Shown piece by piece: positions 39,540 to 53,317 of a stretch of DNA of 64,000 nucleotides. A program made the position numbers and the translations under genes. Each line of letters opens with the position of its first letter. The first letter of the stretch is position 1. The stretch spans positions 5,086,001 to 5,150,000 of the forward strand of contig NC_087250.1 of assembly GCF_037042905.1 (NCBI RefSeq), in the 5' to 3' direction. Origin of the DNA: Lytechinus pictus. Its lineage: Eukaryota. Below the pieces are notes generated by a model. The model saw only the letters and a program-made list of their open reading frames with translations. It made no database searches and was not told the DNA's origin.

Positions 39540-42386
39540 TAGTCAGGCAGCATATGTCATGATTTACCGGCTACTTCGATAAATTGGCTAAGTCTGATTT
39601 TTCACTTTTATGTGATTGGTGACATCACAAGGAACAACTTCCAACTTGGTGACAAATTTCTAATGGTCATCTTGACCATGTTAGGGGTCAAAATAAGGTC
39701 AATAGGGGTCAATTTTTTTAATTGCCCCAATTCTGTCAAATGACACATCAAATTGTTTGTCTTGTTATACTGAACTAAAAAGTGTACACAATTATATACA
39801 CTTGACCTCCCGTTAAAAAGTTATGACCGGAAATGTCAAAGGTCAACGAACTTTCGTTAAATGGCAAATTACACTGAAGGTGTTAAATAAGCTCATTTTT
39901 CTGTGTTTTTATGAATGTGTGAACTTGTTTATTTTCGATTTTGATAATTCCATCGTCAGAAGTCCTTATCCATGAGATATAAAAGGTCAAGACAGGGTCA
40001 GGGAAAGGTCAAAAGGTCAACAAACTTTCATTGGAAGCCAAAATACACGTCTAATAGCGGTTAGAAGTTTAGAAGTCTTATTTTTCGTGGGTTCTTTATT
40101 TTGAGTCTATATCTAAGAAGACATTTTATATATAAAGGGGTCAAACGTGCTTATTTAGGAATAAAAATAGATAAACAGCGATAGACATCGAATGCATTCA
40201 GTGTGGTATTGCGGGAATACCTTGAAAAGACTTGACAAACCCTTATGCCCTTAAAATTTTATCATCTTCAAGATGTGATAAGTGCAACCAGGGATTTTTT
40301 TTTTTTTTTTAGGAATTCAATTCAAGTTCAGTTCATTTTCAATTTACTCATCTTTGATATGTAAAGAAGTATTTCCTTCATTTGCTTTGTACAGAATATC
40401 TTAATTAACAGAAATTATTATAATATTATAACTTCTAGGGGCTCCCAATCCCATGTTTTTTTTACCTAACTTGTATATACCTGTATTTTTATGATTGATT
40501 GATTGAAATAAATTTTGAATTGAATTTTGAATGGAATAATGTATTGGGGTATAAGTATAATACTATGTTAACAGAACAAACACATCGATTGATCAGTGCT
40601 CCCAGCTCCTAAGAAAGATGTCTAACATTTCATTTGGATTATCTTGCAAATAAGATAATGAGGTTAAGATTGAGGATGATAATGTATGACGGTTATATTA
40701 TTTCTGACAAAGAAGCAACATCGTGCATGCATGCTCATTGTAGTCATGGATGTCCATTTGTTGATGTATATATTCTGACCATTACTCGATCTCTGGAGTC
40801 AAGAAGGATGGTTCATGTGCTGTTCTAAGCTTATCATTAAATCATTGGGCCCTTTTTGCATTTTGTAAAGTGAAAATTTATAAGGATTTCGTGCATACTT
40901 TTGGTCAATTATATTTATTTTTTAGTAAAAATGCAAGTCTTCACAATTTCTGGTGGCAGCTCCCCCCCCCCCTTTCCCGCTGCGGTATGGCCGTGGTTTA
41001 CTTCAATCATATAATTATTCTTTCTAGTAACTTCCAGGTAATTCAGCAAATAGGAAAAAAACAAGAACGACAAAAGAACAAAAAAAAAATCTGCATCTGG
41101 TATTAAGTTTAGTTTCACGTTGTATGCTCTGGAAAAATACACTTGATAAAATAGTACAAGCCGTGTTAATAATGTCAGCACATAATCAGGAATGTGTAGT
41201 CCTTGGCTCCAGAGATCGAGTAATGGTCAGAACATATCACATCAGCATGATGGACACCCATGACTGACTACAATGAGCATGCTTGCACGATGTTGCCTCT
41301 GTCAGAAATAATAGTCACACATTAGAATTAATAGCAATTTGAGTCCAACTTATCATATCATCCTCATTCCTTACCTCATTATCTTATTCGTAAGTTAATC
41401 CAAATAAGATGTTAGGCATCTTTCTTAGGAGCTGGGAGCACTGATCAATCGATGTGTGTGTTAACATAGTGCACATAATTATATACCCCAATACATTACA
41501 ATACTCTCTGTTGATTAAAATATTATGTACAAAGCAAACGGAATAAATGTATCTTTACATATCAAAGACTAGTAACTTGAAAATGAATTGAACTTGAATT
41601 GAATTCCTAAATCAAGAAAATCAAGAAACTCGGAAAGAGCTGGTTGCACTTATAACATCATGAAGATGATACGACTTTTAAGGGCATTAGGGTTTGTCAA
41701 GTCGTTTCAAAGTATTCCTGCAATACCATACCACACTGAATGTATTCGAAGTCTATCTCTGTTTATCTATTTTGTTCCTAAATAAGCATATTTGACCCCT
41801 TTGTATATAAAATATCTTCTTAGATATAGACTCAAAATAAAGAACCCACGAAAAATAAGACTTCTAAACTTCTAACCGCTATTAGACGTGTATTTTGGCC
41901 TCCAATGAAAGTTTGTTGACCTTTTGACCTTTCCATGACCTTGTCTTGACCCTTTATATCTTCTGGATAAGGATTTCTGACGATGGACTTATCAAAATCG
42001 AAAATAAAAAAGTACACACATGCATAAAACACGGAAAAAATGAGCTTTCTTAACACCTTCAATGTAATTTGCCATTTAACGAAAGTTCGTTGACCTTTGA
42101 CATTTCCGGTCATAACTTTTTAACGGGAGGTCAAGAGTATATGATTGTGTACACTTTTTTGTTCAGTATAACAAGACAAACAATTTGATGTATCATTTGA
42201 CAGAACTGTGGCAATTTAAAAAATTGACCCCTATTGACCTTATTTTGACCACTAACATGGTCAAGATGACCATTAGAAATTTGTCACCAAGTTGGAAGTT
42301 GTTCCTAGTGATGTCACCGATCACATAAAAGTGAAAAATCAGACTTAGCCAATTTGTCGAAGTAAATGACATATGCTGCCTGACTA
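39540..42386. mobile_element. 2.85 kb foldback non-autonomous DNA transposon (Academ-like TAG termini, 3-bp TSD)
   Basis: CTA|TAGTCAGGCAGCATATGTCAT ... ATGACATATGCTGCCTGACTA|CTA; inverted arms ~39540-40805 versus ~41200-42386. Confidence 0.88.
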
Positions 42387-43790
42387 CTAGAAGCAGTCCT
42401 ATACATTCTTCAAGAATGATCTTAACTTACGATGATATCTTACAGTCACATACTGTAAACACATTCTGAACACACTGTTAACACAATGTGTGACGCTATG
42501 TCCATGATGTTACGTGTATGCCTAATGTAGCTCCCATACATAACCCACACGGAGATATTTATCAAAATTGAACTTAACGCCTTTTAGAAGCAGTCCTATA
42601 CATTCTTTAAGAATGATCTTAACTTACGATGATCTCTTACATTCACATACTGTAAACACATTCTGAACATACTGTTAAGTGTTAACACAATGTGGACGCT
42701 ATGTCCGTGATGTTACGTGTATGCCATATGTAGCTCCCATACATAACCCACACGGAGATATTTATCAAAATTGATCTTAACGCCTTTTAGAAGCAGTCCT
42801 ATACATTCTTCAAGAATGATATTAACTTCCGATGATTTCTTACAGTCACGTACTATAAACACATTATGAACATACTGTTAACACAATGTGGACGCTATGT
42901 CCGTGATGTTACGTGTATGCCATGTAGCTCCCATACATAACCACATGGAGATATTCTTCAAAATTGAACTTAATGCCTTTTAGAAGCAGTCCTATACATT
43001 CTTCAAGAATGATCTTAACTTACGATGATATCTGTAAACACATTCTGAACATACTGTTAACACAATGTGTGACACTATGTTACGTGTATGCGCAATGTAG
43101 CTCCATACATACCCCACATGGAGATATTTATCAAAATTGATCTTAACGCCTTTTAGCAGCGGTCCTACATTCTTTAAGAATGATCTTAACTTACGATGAT
43201 CTCTTACATTCACATACTGTAAACACATTCTGAACATACTGTTAACACAATGTGTGACGCTATGTCCGTGATGTTACGTGTATGCCTAATGTAGCTCCCA
43301 TACATAACCCACACGGAGATATTTATCAAAATGGAACTTACTAGAAGCAGTCCTATACATTCTTCAAGAATGATCTTAACTTACGATGATATCTTTATAC
43401 AGTCACATACTGTAAACACATTCTGAACATACTGTTAACACAATGTGTGACGCTATGTCCGTGATGTTACGTGTATGCCTAATGTAGCTCCCATACATAA
43501 CCCACACGGAGATATTTATCAAAATTGAACTAAACGCCTTTTAGAAGCAGTTCTATACATTCTTCAAGAATGATCTTAACTTACGATGATATCTTACAGC
43601 CACACACTGTAAACACATTATGAACATACTGTTAACACAATGTGGACGCTATGTCCGTGATGTTACGTGTATGCCATATGTAGCTCCCATACATAACCAC
43701 ATGGAGATATTCTTCAAAATTGAACTTAACGCCTTTTAGAAGCAGTCCTACATTCTTCAAGAATGATATTAACTTACGATGATTTCTGCA
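42387..43790. repeat. Satellite array, ~173-203 bp unit, right part (~7 units)
   Basis: Same unit recurs near 42390, 42587, 42790, 42983, 43156, 43344, 43544 and 43739. Confidence 0.93.
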
Positions 43791-43909
43791 GTACTTTCAG
43801 GATTTGACTGTTTGTAGGGGTTATACTATAAACATGTCAGGGCCTTTAATATATATATTTTGACCTACTATATATTATTTGAAATAAAATCATATTGTAT
43901 GATATTCAC

Positions 43910-43970
43910 CCTTTCCTTTCTTTCTTTATTTCTTTCTTTCTTTTTCTTTCTTTCTTTTTCTTTCTTTCCT

Positions 43971-44030
<60 letters not shown>

Positions 44031-44041
44031 TCGTCCTTTCT

Positions 44042-44133
<92 letters not shown>
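43910..44133. repeat. (TTTC)n microsatellite
   Basis: Long tetranucleotide run; similar (GAAA)n tracts at ~38000-38070 and ~57800-57910. Confidence 0.97.
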
Positions 44134-44419
44134 AATTCTTTTTTTTATGGTCGTGGACCTTTTTATACCTAAAAATGTTCTGTTCCCTTTTTGTGTTATT
44201 ACTTTTTATTTGTTTTTTTTTACGATGAATGCTGTCTCTATTTACAGATATTTTATGACCCCCTGTCATCAGATCCTGGATGGCCGTAAACAATTTTACC
44301 TCATGTACTTTTTCAAGTCTATGGGAGTTCATTCTAGTAACACGAGATCTTGCAAGCTCAAATATTTGGCATATACTGCGTTGGTTTTTACTTCCTATAC
44401 CAGGTAGCCGTCACAACCT

Positions 44420-44950
44420 GGGTATTCACAGTGGGTTCGCGCTGTGTTTACAGTTTGTTGACAGAGTATTCACAATGTGTGTACAGTGTATTCACAGTGT
44501 GTTAACAATGTGTTCACAGTATTTATAAAGTGTGTTGACAGTGTGTTAACAGTGTATTCGCAGTGTGTTCACAATGTGTTTACAGTGTATTCGCATTGTG
44601 TTAACAATGTGTTCACAGTATGTAAAAAGTGTGTTGACAGTGTGTTAACAGTGTATTCGCAGTGTGTTCACAGTGTGTTCACAGTATGTACAAAGTGTGT
44701 TGACAGTGTGTTAACAGTGTATTCACAGTGTGTTAGCAATATCTTCACAGTATGTACAAAGTGTGTTGACAGTGTGTTAACAGTGTATTCGCAGTGTGTT
44801 CACAGTGTGTTCACAGTATGTACAAAGTGTGTTGACAGTGTGTTAACAGTGTATTCACAGTGTGTTAACAATGTGTTCACAGTATGTACAAAGCGTGTTG
44901 ACAGTGTGTTAACAGTGTATTCGCAGTGTGTTCACAATATGTTTGCAGTG
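44420..44950 (+). repeat. Minisatellite, ~60 bp higher-order unit built from ~12 bp CAGTGTGTTCAC-like subunits
   Basis: AAAGTGTGTTGACAGTGTGTTAACAGTGTATTC recurs every ~60-72 bp. Confidence 0.9.
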
Positions 44951-45204
44951 ACAGTTACGATAAGTTTACACTATATACATTATATGCATGCATATGTCTT
45001 ACATTTCAAATCGCACAGAATGGCGTTCGTTCTTTTATGGACTTAATAGATTAATCGTTGTTTTATTATTATTGTTATCAATGTCATTATTATCATTATT
45101 ATTATTGTTATTATTATTTTTTGAACTGTGACCTGCTGCACATTGGGAGTGTTTACAGTTTGTTCTTATAGTGGACTCTGAAATAAGAGGTTCACAATAT
45201 TCCA

Positions 45205-45955
45205 TACCTCACTTTGAATACACTGTGTACACACTCGGAACACAAAATGAATACACTCTGAACAAACTTTGGAACACTGTAAACACACTCTGACAATACT
45301 GTGAAATCACTGTTAACAAACACACCGTGGGATAATCTGGACACAATCTGAATACACTCGGGAAAAAAATGTGAACACACTGTGAAAACACTGTTAACAT
45401 ACTTCAAACACACCGTGGGATAATCTGAACACAGTCTGAATACACTCGGAAAGTACTGTGAACACACTGTGAAAACACTGTGAACAAACTTTAAACACAC
45501 CGTGGGATAATCTGAACACAGTCTGAATACACTCGGAAAAAACTGAACACACTGTGAAAACACTGTGAACAAACTGTTAACATACTTTAAACACACCGTG
45601 GGATAATCTGAACACAATCTGAATAGACTTGGAAAACATCATGTACACACTCTGAACACAAACTGAACAAACTGTGGAACGCTGTAAACACACTCTGAAA
45701 ACACTGTCAACACACTGTCAACACACCGTGGGATAATCTGAACACAGTCTGAATACACTCGGGAAAAAATGAACACACTGTGAAAACACTGTGAACAAAC
45801 TGTTAACATACTTTAAATACACCGTGGGATAATCTGAACACAGTCTGAATACACTCGGAAAAAACTGTGAACACACTGTGAACACACTGTTAACACGCTT
45901 TAAACACAACGTGGGATAGTCTGAACACAATCTGAAAACACACTCCAAACACACA
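45205..45955 (-). repeat. Minisatellite, ~90-100 bp unit, opposite orientation to 44420-44950
   Basis: ACACACCGTGGGATAATCTGAACACAGTCTGAATACACTCGG repeated about 7 times. Confidence 0.9.
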
Positions 45956-46252
45956 AGCGGGGTGGGGGCATATATTACCTAGAAATGACATCGCTATGTG
46001 CGTTTCAACACCTCAAGAAAATGGGGTTGATTATTTGAACAGACAAGGGATTCAGAACCAGTGACAGAATTGAGTGCGACCTCTTACATTATGGATAACT
46101 TTTGGCAAATCGTGGAGCCTGTCAATAACAAGGCCGCCATTATATAATGCTAAGTTCACACCAACGAAATCTACCCCAATACGATTACAATTATCATGTT
46201 ATTTCCAATAGTATAGCATTGGTCGGATGGAACTGGGGTTTGGTGTCACAGC

Positions 46253-46504
46253 CATGGGCGGAAATCCCAGGGGGGACGCGTCCCCCCTACCCAAAATAGT
46301 AGGGGGGCACAATATCAAATGTCCCCCTACTGTTTTAGGTATTTTATGATGGAAAGAAATACAACATCGAAATAAAACATGTATTTGGGTCGAAATGACC
46401 TTACTTTTTGGGTGATGACCTTCGTTTTTTTTTTTTTTTTTTTTGCTTGTCAAACTTTCCAACCCCTGGTCCCCCCTACGTTTGGGGAGAGATTTCCGCC
46501 CTTG
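46253..46504. mobile_element. hAT-type MITE (short member of the 2903-5126 family)
   Basis: CATGGGCGGAAATC ... GATTTCCGCCCTTG; degenerate 8-bp TSD GTCACAGC/TTCACAGT. Confidence 0.8.
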
Positions 46505-47134
46505 TTCACAGTCATGGCCGTCTATGAAGCCCCCTATGACTGTTAGGCTATTCATATCAATCAAATGCCTACCGACTGGGGGAAAAATATCCACGAAAGG
46601 CCGGGTGGATGCGAGGCACTGGCGCTCAATCGGGTGTCACCACTCCTCTTCGTCGGCTCCTAGTCGATCTCCTCTCAGCCACTACTTGACGAGGAATATA
46701 GCCAAGTCGCAATCCCTTGTCAAAAGGCAATGACTGTATATGGCCGTGAGCAAGGCATCTAATCAATGGTGCTATTCTATCCTACAGTCAAATGAAATAA
46801 ATGGTATAGACATTCTCGTTAATAATGTGTGCACTTGCTACATACAAGCTTGTTATTTAGATTATGCCTATAGGCTTTCGGATAAATATTTCCGAGAAAC
46901 TGTCGCCTGAAAAAAAAAAGGTTCCTATTATTGACACATCTGAAGTCTGTTTGAAACACATTATTTTGTCGTCGACTCGTCACATGGGGTTAAAGCAGGA
47001 TGGTACAGGCCTATTCCTTTCTAACACATCCCTGGTCTAAGTTAAACCTTACTTCAAAATGCGGGCCCCTGTGTTTAAACATTATAATGATTTCAGATAA
47101 TTATATACTTAATCCTGCATCGCAGATGGTCTCT

Positions 47135-47610
47135 TTAGTGTGTTCATAGTTTGTTCAAAGTGTGTTCAAAGTGTGTTCATAGTGTGTTCATAGTGTGTTC
47201 ATTGTGTGTTCAAAGTGTGTTCATAGTGTGTTCACATTGTGTTCACAGTGTGTTCACATTGCGTTTACATTGTGTTCACTATGTGTTACAGTGTATTACA
47301 GTGTATTCACAGTGTGTTCACTGTGTGTTTACAGTGTGTTCAGGGTGTGTTTACAGTGTGTTCATAGTGTGTTCACATTGTGTTCACAGTGTGTTCACAT
47401 TGCATTCACATTGTGTTCACTGTGTGTTACAGTGTGTTGCAGTGTATTCACAGTGTGTTCACTGTGTGTTTACAGTGTGTTCATAGTGTGTTCAGAGGGT
47501 GTTCACAGTATAATCATTGTGTGTTCACAGTGTTCATAATGTGCTCATAGAGTGTTCTCAGTGTTTTCACTGTGCACATAGTCGACTATGCGTAATGTGA
47601 TTCACACTTT
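47135..47610 (+). repeat. Minisatellite of ~11-12 bp AGTGTGTTCAC-like subunits
   Basis: Dense GTGTGTTCA repeats, related to 44420-44950. Confidence 0.9.
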
Positions 47611-48392
47611 TAATATCTATCCAAAAGGAAACAGGAGAAAAAAAAGAACAAACACGGGAAGGTGATCATAAAATAAAGGAGAGGGACTTAAAAACCAAAG
47701 GTGATGCGATGCCAAAAAAAAACCCTTAACGTTTTTATATTCATCTAAAGTGGTTTTAGAATGCATAATTCCCTGTCAGCCACAACAAACGTTGTGCTCT
47801 CTGCACGTCGACTTTTAATATTAATGGAAAATGGAAAGCTTTAAAGGAAAGTGACGGTAGTTTTATTAACATGATTAACTTTAATATGAGGCGCATGCAT
47901 GTGCGGGGTACGATTGTGGTAAAGTGATTGTGGGTAGGCGTTTTGCTAGTTGGAACTTTTATGTAACAGTGTGTGTGTACGTAGGATTGTGTGTGAGGTA
48001 AAAGGTGCTCGCTTATTAAGTATTTTACAATGATTACCGAATTATCACTGAATTTTCAATTTTTTAAGTCATACTCCCGGTGTGTTTGTATGTGCTCGAA
48101 TATATATTAGTGTTGGTCCGTTTGGTTTGATTGTGGGTGTGCGAGGGTTCGTGTGTGTGTGTTTTGTGTGCCGTATACTTTTGTGTGCCGTATGTCAAGG
48201 GAGTGCAACTTATTAACAGCAAAGAATGTAAATGTCCTATGGAAAAAAAACACTGCTAGACACGCATTCGAACTGCATAGCAACCAGACCTGGGTGAACT
48301 GATCCAAGTCGACTGGGGTTAGAAATGTTTTGGGAACTGTTCCCATTCGTTAACATCGCGATGAAAGACATATCACTAGACAACCCCATCTG

Positions 48393-48537
48393 GGGTCCGT
48401 TGCAGAAAGAGTTGCGTTTAAACGCAAGTCAAAATATCAATCGCAAGTCCCAAATGCGCGCTGTTGATTGGTTGAAAATCAAGTTGCGCATGATTTTTGA
48501 AGTTGCGTTTGATTGCAACTCTTTCTGCAACGGGCCC
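48393..48537. mobile_element. Harbinger-like MITE with CWG flanks
   Basis: CTG|GGGTCCGTTGCAGAAAGAGTTGCG ... TGCAACTCTTTCTGCAACGGGCCC|CAG. Confidence 0.85.
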
Positions 48538-48689
48538 CAGTATGTATATATTTTCCCATGGGGGTCTATCGAGAAGGGGTCGCTCAAGGGGTGGAATTTG
48601 GGTAAATGCATGCATAGGACATTGGTGAAATTACGGATTCGCCTTGTGACGAAAAGGCGTTGCCCCCATGAGCCCCCCCCCCCACACAC

Positions 48690-49045
48690 ACACAGTGTGA
48701 TCACAGTGTGGTCCCATAGTCGACTATGTGATTTTTTTTCACTCTTACAGTGCTCACATTCAACGGTGTGGATATATTTTCACACTGTGGACACCACGAC
48801 AGTGTGACTGTTCACAGCGTGTCCACATGTTCGACTATGTGAAGTTGTGATCCACACTGTTAAGATGCTCAAATTCAACAGTGTGGATACTTCTTCACAC
48901 TGTGGACACCTCGACAGTGTGACTGTTCACAGCGTGTTCACATGGTCGACTATGTGAATATGTGATTCGCACTGTTGAAATGCTCAAATTTAACAGTGTG
49001 AAGGTGATTTCACATTGTGTTCTACACTGTGAACACACTCTGTGA
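48690..49045. repeat. Short tandem array (~115 bp unit) related to the neighbouring CACAGTGTG repeats
   Basis: CACACTGTGGACACC..GACAGTGTGACTGTTCACAGCGTG..TCGACTATGTGAA..CTCAAATT.AACAGTGTG occurs twice, plus a partial copy. Confidence 0.75.
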
Positions 49046-50124
49046 CACTTAGCTCTTTTCAGTAGTGTTTGTACTCCGTCATTTATCAAATTGTAGCTCG
49101 CGCTCTTATAGCTTCTGGTTTTTTTTTAGTAAGTGTATGAATAATTCCTTTTCTCTCCTCTTCTGATATTCACCCCAACTTTGTCTGTTATCATTTCACA
49201 TACTCATTTTTTATAAAGATATGTTATATGTATAAGTTATGTACCTGTTACTTGCATCGAAATTGTACATTAAGTTTTATACTACTGCCGGCCAACATCG
49301 ACAGTAATGTGTCATGACCTGGGCATATCTTAATTTTCATTATGTTTTGTATTGACTTTGTAAATTTCTTTCTTTATCGTGATTTCAATAAAGTGATATA
49401 AAAAAAAATGTGTTAAAAAGGAAGTTTATCCTGACGTATGATAGAAAAGTACCAGAAAGAATAATGAAATATATTGGTGAAGATTTGAGGAAAATCCATC
49501 AGAGATGAAGAAAGTGTCTAGAATTTTAAGTTTTGCATTTGTGACGTCATATACGAGCAGTTTCCACATATTTATGTTATGTAACATGCATACATTTCAA
49601 TCATGGGCGGAAATCACAGGGGGACGCTTCCCCCCTACTCAAAATAGTAGGGAGGGACACAATATCAAATATCCCCCTGCTATTTTTGGTCTTTTATGAT
49701 GGAAAGAAATACACCATTCAAAATCGAGATAAAAGATGTATTCTGGACGAGATGACCAGATGACCTAGCTTTTTCGGTGATAATTTTTTTTTTGCTTGTC
49801 AAATAATATTTTGGTCGTCACGTTTTACATTTGGGGTGATAACCTTCTTTCTTTTTTTTTTGCTTGCTTGTCAAATTTTCAAAGGTAAAATCATTTTTAC
49901 AAATCTTATCTTGAGATGATGACATTTCATTGATTTTTAATAACAAGATTGTCATTATGAGAAGGCTGTTCGCATATGAACAAATAAAACAAATTCGAGT
50001 AACTACTGTAGTAATGTTTGATGGATTTTTCTCAAACCTTCACCGATACTTTTCATAATTTTCCTGCTAATTTTAGATTAAGCTTTTTGACGGGATGACC
50101 TTCCCTTTAACCCCCTCCCCCCAC

Positions 50125-50502
50125 CAGTGACGTACCTAGGATTTTTCACAGGGGGGGCAAAACCGTCCGCCAAAAAATTGACAAGCCACAAAAAAAAAGG
50201 TCTTCAATCAAAAATGAAGGATTTCGTACCAGAAAAAAATTGACAACCAAAAAAAAAAAAAAAAAAAAAAGGTCTTCAATCACAAATGAACGATTTAGTA
50301 CCACAAAAAAAATTGACAAGCAAAAAAAAAATTCAAGCTCGTCAGGAGGGGCAATAAAGGTCTTCAAGCTCGTCAGGGGGGGGTCAAAAAAGGCCTTTCA
50401 AGCTCGTCAGGGGGGGCAGGGATACGTCCTTTGCATGGGTTGTGGCTCGTCAGGGGGGCAAACTGCCCCCTCTGCCCCCCCCCCCCCGTAGGTACGCTAG
50501 TG
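50125..50502. mobile_element. hAT-type MITE (partial relatives at ~16330-16490 and ~52016-52290)
   Basis: CAGTGACGTACCTA ... TAGGTACGCTAGTG; 8-bp TSD CCCCCCAC (50117-24, 50503-10). Confidence 0.85.
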
Positions 50503-52349
50503 CCCCCCACCCTCTTCCCTCTTCCTCTGGTCCATGTTAGATGCCACGAGGTCTGAATCTAGATATTTTCCCCAGAGAGTGCCTTTTTTCGAAGTCACGA
50601 GCAGACTATTGTGACAGAGTACATTGAAATACATCAAAACATTGGAATCATCATATTTCTCGAGAGCAAGACCCCTAAACTTGCCATCGCGGCATAAATA
50701 GAAGTTACTGCAAGGGCGTACGAGGCTGGTTTGAGCATGGGGAGGTGGAACTAAAGTCGTATGGAAAGGGGTGCACATCTTGGGGAGATGGAACTAAAGT
50801 TTGGAAAATCAGCTGTTGAACGCAAAAGAGGGGTACAATTTTCGTTTTGCTTGCCGATGTCAGAACTCCTCTGCCTCAGCGGGAGGTACGTGCACGAGCA
50901 TCCAGCGCACCCCAACCTACGCCCTTGATCTGTTGATGTAACTTCAATAGTAGTTTACGTGAATTTTGATGAATATGGCGGCCACTGCCCAATCTTTTAT
51001 TTATTTATTTTTTTTTTTGTATATTATTTCTGCGTTCACAATAATACATTATCAAAAGTGATTACGTTGTTTGCAGTATACAGAATAATCCATATGTATG
51101 CAATATAATCATAATACCTAGTTTTTTAAAGCGTGTTTTCTTTTTCCGTACTAAAAAAAGAGATGAAGTGTGGAAAACTTTGAAGGAAGAGAGGTGTGGG
51201 TATATGGGATGGGTTTCGTGTGAATATTTGAGCACACGAATATATCTACCCCCTATCCAGATAGAGGGACATCACCCCCCACCCCTTGAGAGTCTGTATA
51301 AAAATACCCCCCCCCCCCACTCCCTGAAAAATCCTGAATCCGCCCCAATCTATCTCCACCTTTCCTGCCATACTACCCCCCTCCCCCGATGTTGAACATA
51401 GGGAGGCCATTGACTTGTATTTATCATGCAATCAATTCAACATTCCTGTTTAAGGCATATTTTGTTCGGGTCATTTTAGCTATATCTTTTTTTTGACTGT
51501 GTTATACTGGGTATTTGTCACCCTAACTCGCCAAATATATCGTCCTGTTTCATAAAGTGAATTGCATAATATATCAGACAAAGGGGGAGTTTGTGTTGAC
51601 TTTATTATTGTTTTTTTTTATTACGCGTACACACGTTGGTATCGATAATGCGTAAATCATTCCATTTATTTGATCTAAGATAAAAGAGCAATGTAGATGA
51701 AGATGCCTTTAGATAAAAATGCCTTGGTCAAGGGCCGTGCGGGGAACCGATTCCCGGACTTTCCTGGTGTAGTCGGGCGCCTTAGAACACCCCAATGGTA
51801 TGGTAGCCTACATGACCAGATGATACGAGGTCTTTTCATCGTGTACACAAAATGCTGCATATGGGGCAACTATATACAACAAAAAATAGGTGTGTGTTGG
51901 TAGATGTGTCATATCGAGTTTTCCTAAGGGGTTTGATTGGATAAATATTGTACATAATGAAAGACCTTATTTATGACAGACAACCTCAGAATTACACACC
52001 AATACTCAGTCACATCACTGACGTACCTAGGATTTTCCAGAAGGGGGGCAAATTTTTTAGAGGATATTTCGTCCGCGAAAAAAAATTCACAAGCCAAAAC
52101 AAAAATAAAAAGTCTTCAACTACAAACAAACGATTTCGTACCAGAAAAAAAATTGACAAGCAAAAAAAAAAAAGGTCTTCAACCACAAATAAAGGATTTC
52201 TTCCCACAAAAAAAATTGACAAGCAAAAAAAAAAGGGTCTTTTTCTTACCACAAAAAAATTTGACAAATGAAGCCAAAAAAAAAAAAAGCTAGTGAGTCA
52301 CACTTTATCCGACTCCTGGCCGATCTAAGCTATTACCTGTTTATTTTCA

Positions 52350-52902
52350 ATTGGTCTATTGCCAATTCGCCCAACTGCTATTTCGTCTACTATCATTCGG
52401 TCTACCATCCGTTCGTCCATTATTCACATAGTCTAATTGCCATTTCGTCCACTCACCATTTTCGTCTAATAACCAGAAGGTCCAATAATATCCATCTGGT
52501 GTTCACTTTTTGCGAGAGTGATCACGAATTTCTTAGAAAGCTAGTGAACACTTTTTGCGAGAGTGATCACGAATTTCCTTGTTGACCATAGTAGATTGCG
52601 AGACAAATGAATACCCTCTAGCGATTATTTCATTCCGCAATAATGAACCTATTTAGTAATATCCATCTAGTCCATATACCATTTGGTCTGATTGGACTAA
52701 GTGTTAATTGGGCGAAAGGAATGAATTAAAATGGATATTAGACCAACTGGTTATGATAAAAAGAAATGGTCATATAGGCGAACTGGTGATCACACGAAGT
52801 GATGATTGGACCAAATGGATGTTAGACGAAATGTTGATGGATGGAAAGGTAGACCACTGTGGGGAGTAGACGAATTGGCAGTAGACGAACTGGCAATTTA
52901 CC
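52350..52902. mobile_element. MITE with short TTCGTCYA / TAGACGAA subterminal repeats
   Basis: ATTGCCAATTCGCCCAACTGC ... GCAGTAGACGAACTGGCAAT inverted ends. Confidence 0.65.
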
Positions 52903-53317
52903 TAATTACCAATGACTCACCATCGGTTGGTTTGAGGTCGGTTTCGTTGATATGACTGGGGCATGATGACACAGTCACACTGTGAAAGCCGCTTACAGAC
53001 AGACCAAAGCTAGTACGTCATTTCAAATGACTTATATTGATTTGGAGTGCGTTTTGTTGGGAGTGTGACTATGGCATTGTAATTCTCAGACCGTAGATGG
53101 CGTTATACAAGAGAGACACTAGGGCCTGTGAGAGACACCCTACCCTACATGGTGATCGCGAAGAAGAGAGCCCTACCAATAAAATTGCACATCAACTGCG
53201 GCCTCTTACCCTTTCGAGGTGAATAATGTGTGTTGTGAACAAAAATTGATTTTTTTTTAATATATTTTTTTTATTATTAGCCTCCGTCCCCGGCCTCCAC
53301 CCTTCTGTAAGATAATT

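Noticed and set aside
38820..43790. CRISPR-like appearance of regular repeats (also 7780-8425 and 2945-4900)
   Set aside because: Units are tandem or homologous rather than short repeats with unique spacers; eukaryotic context and no cas genes.
44477..47539. Cys/Val-rich repetitive ORFs (VCTKCVDSVLTVYSQ)
   Set aside because: Artefacts of GT-rich minisatellites; not metallothionein or keratin-associated genes.
50497..50778. 93 aa minus-strand ORF with moderately protein-like composition
   Set aside because: No recognisable motif or convincing splice sites, and it ends in a MITE TSD.
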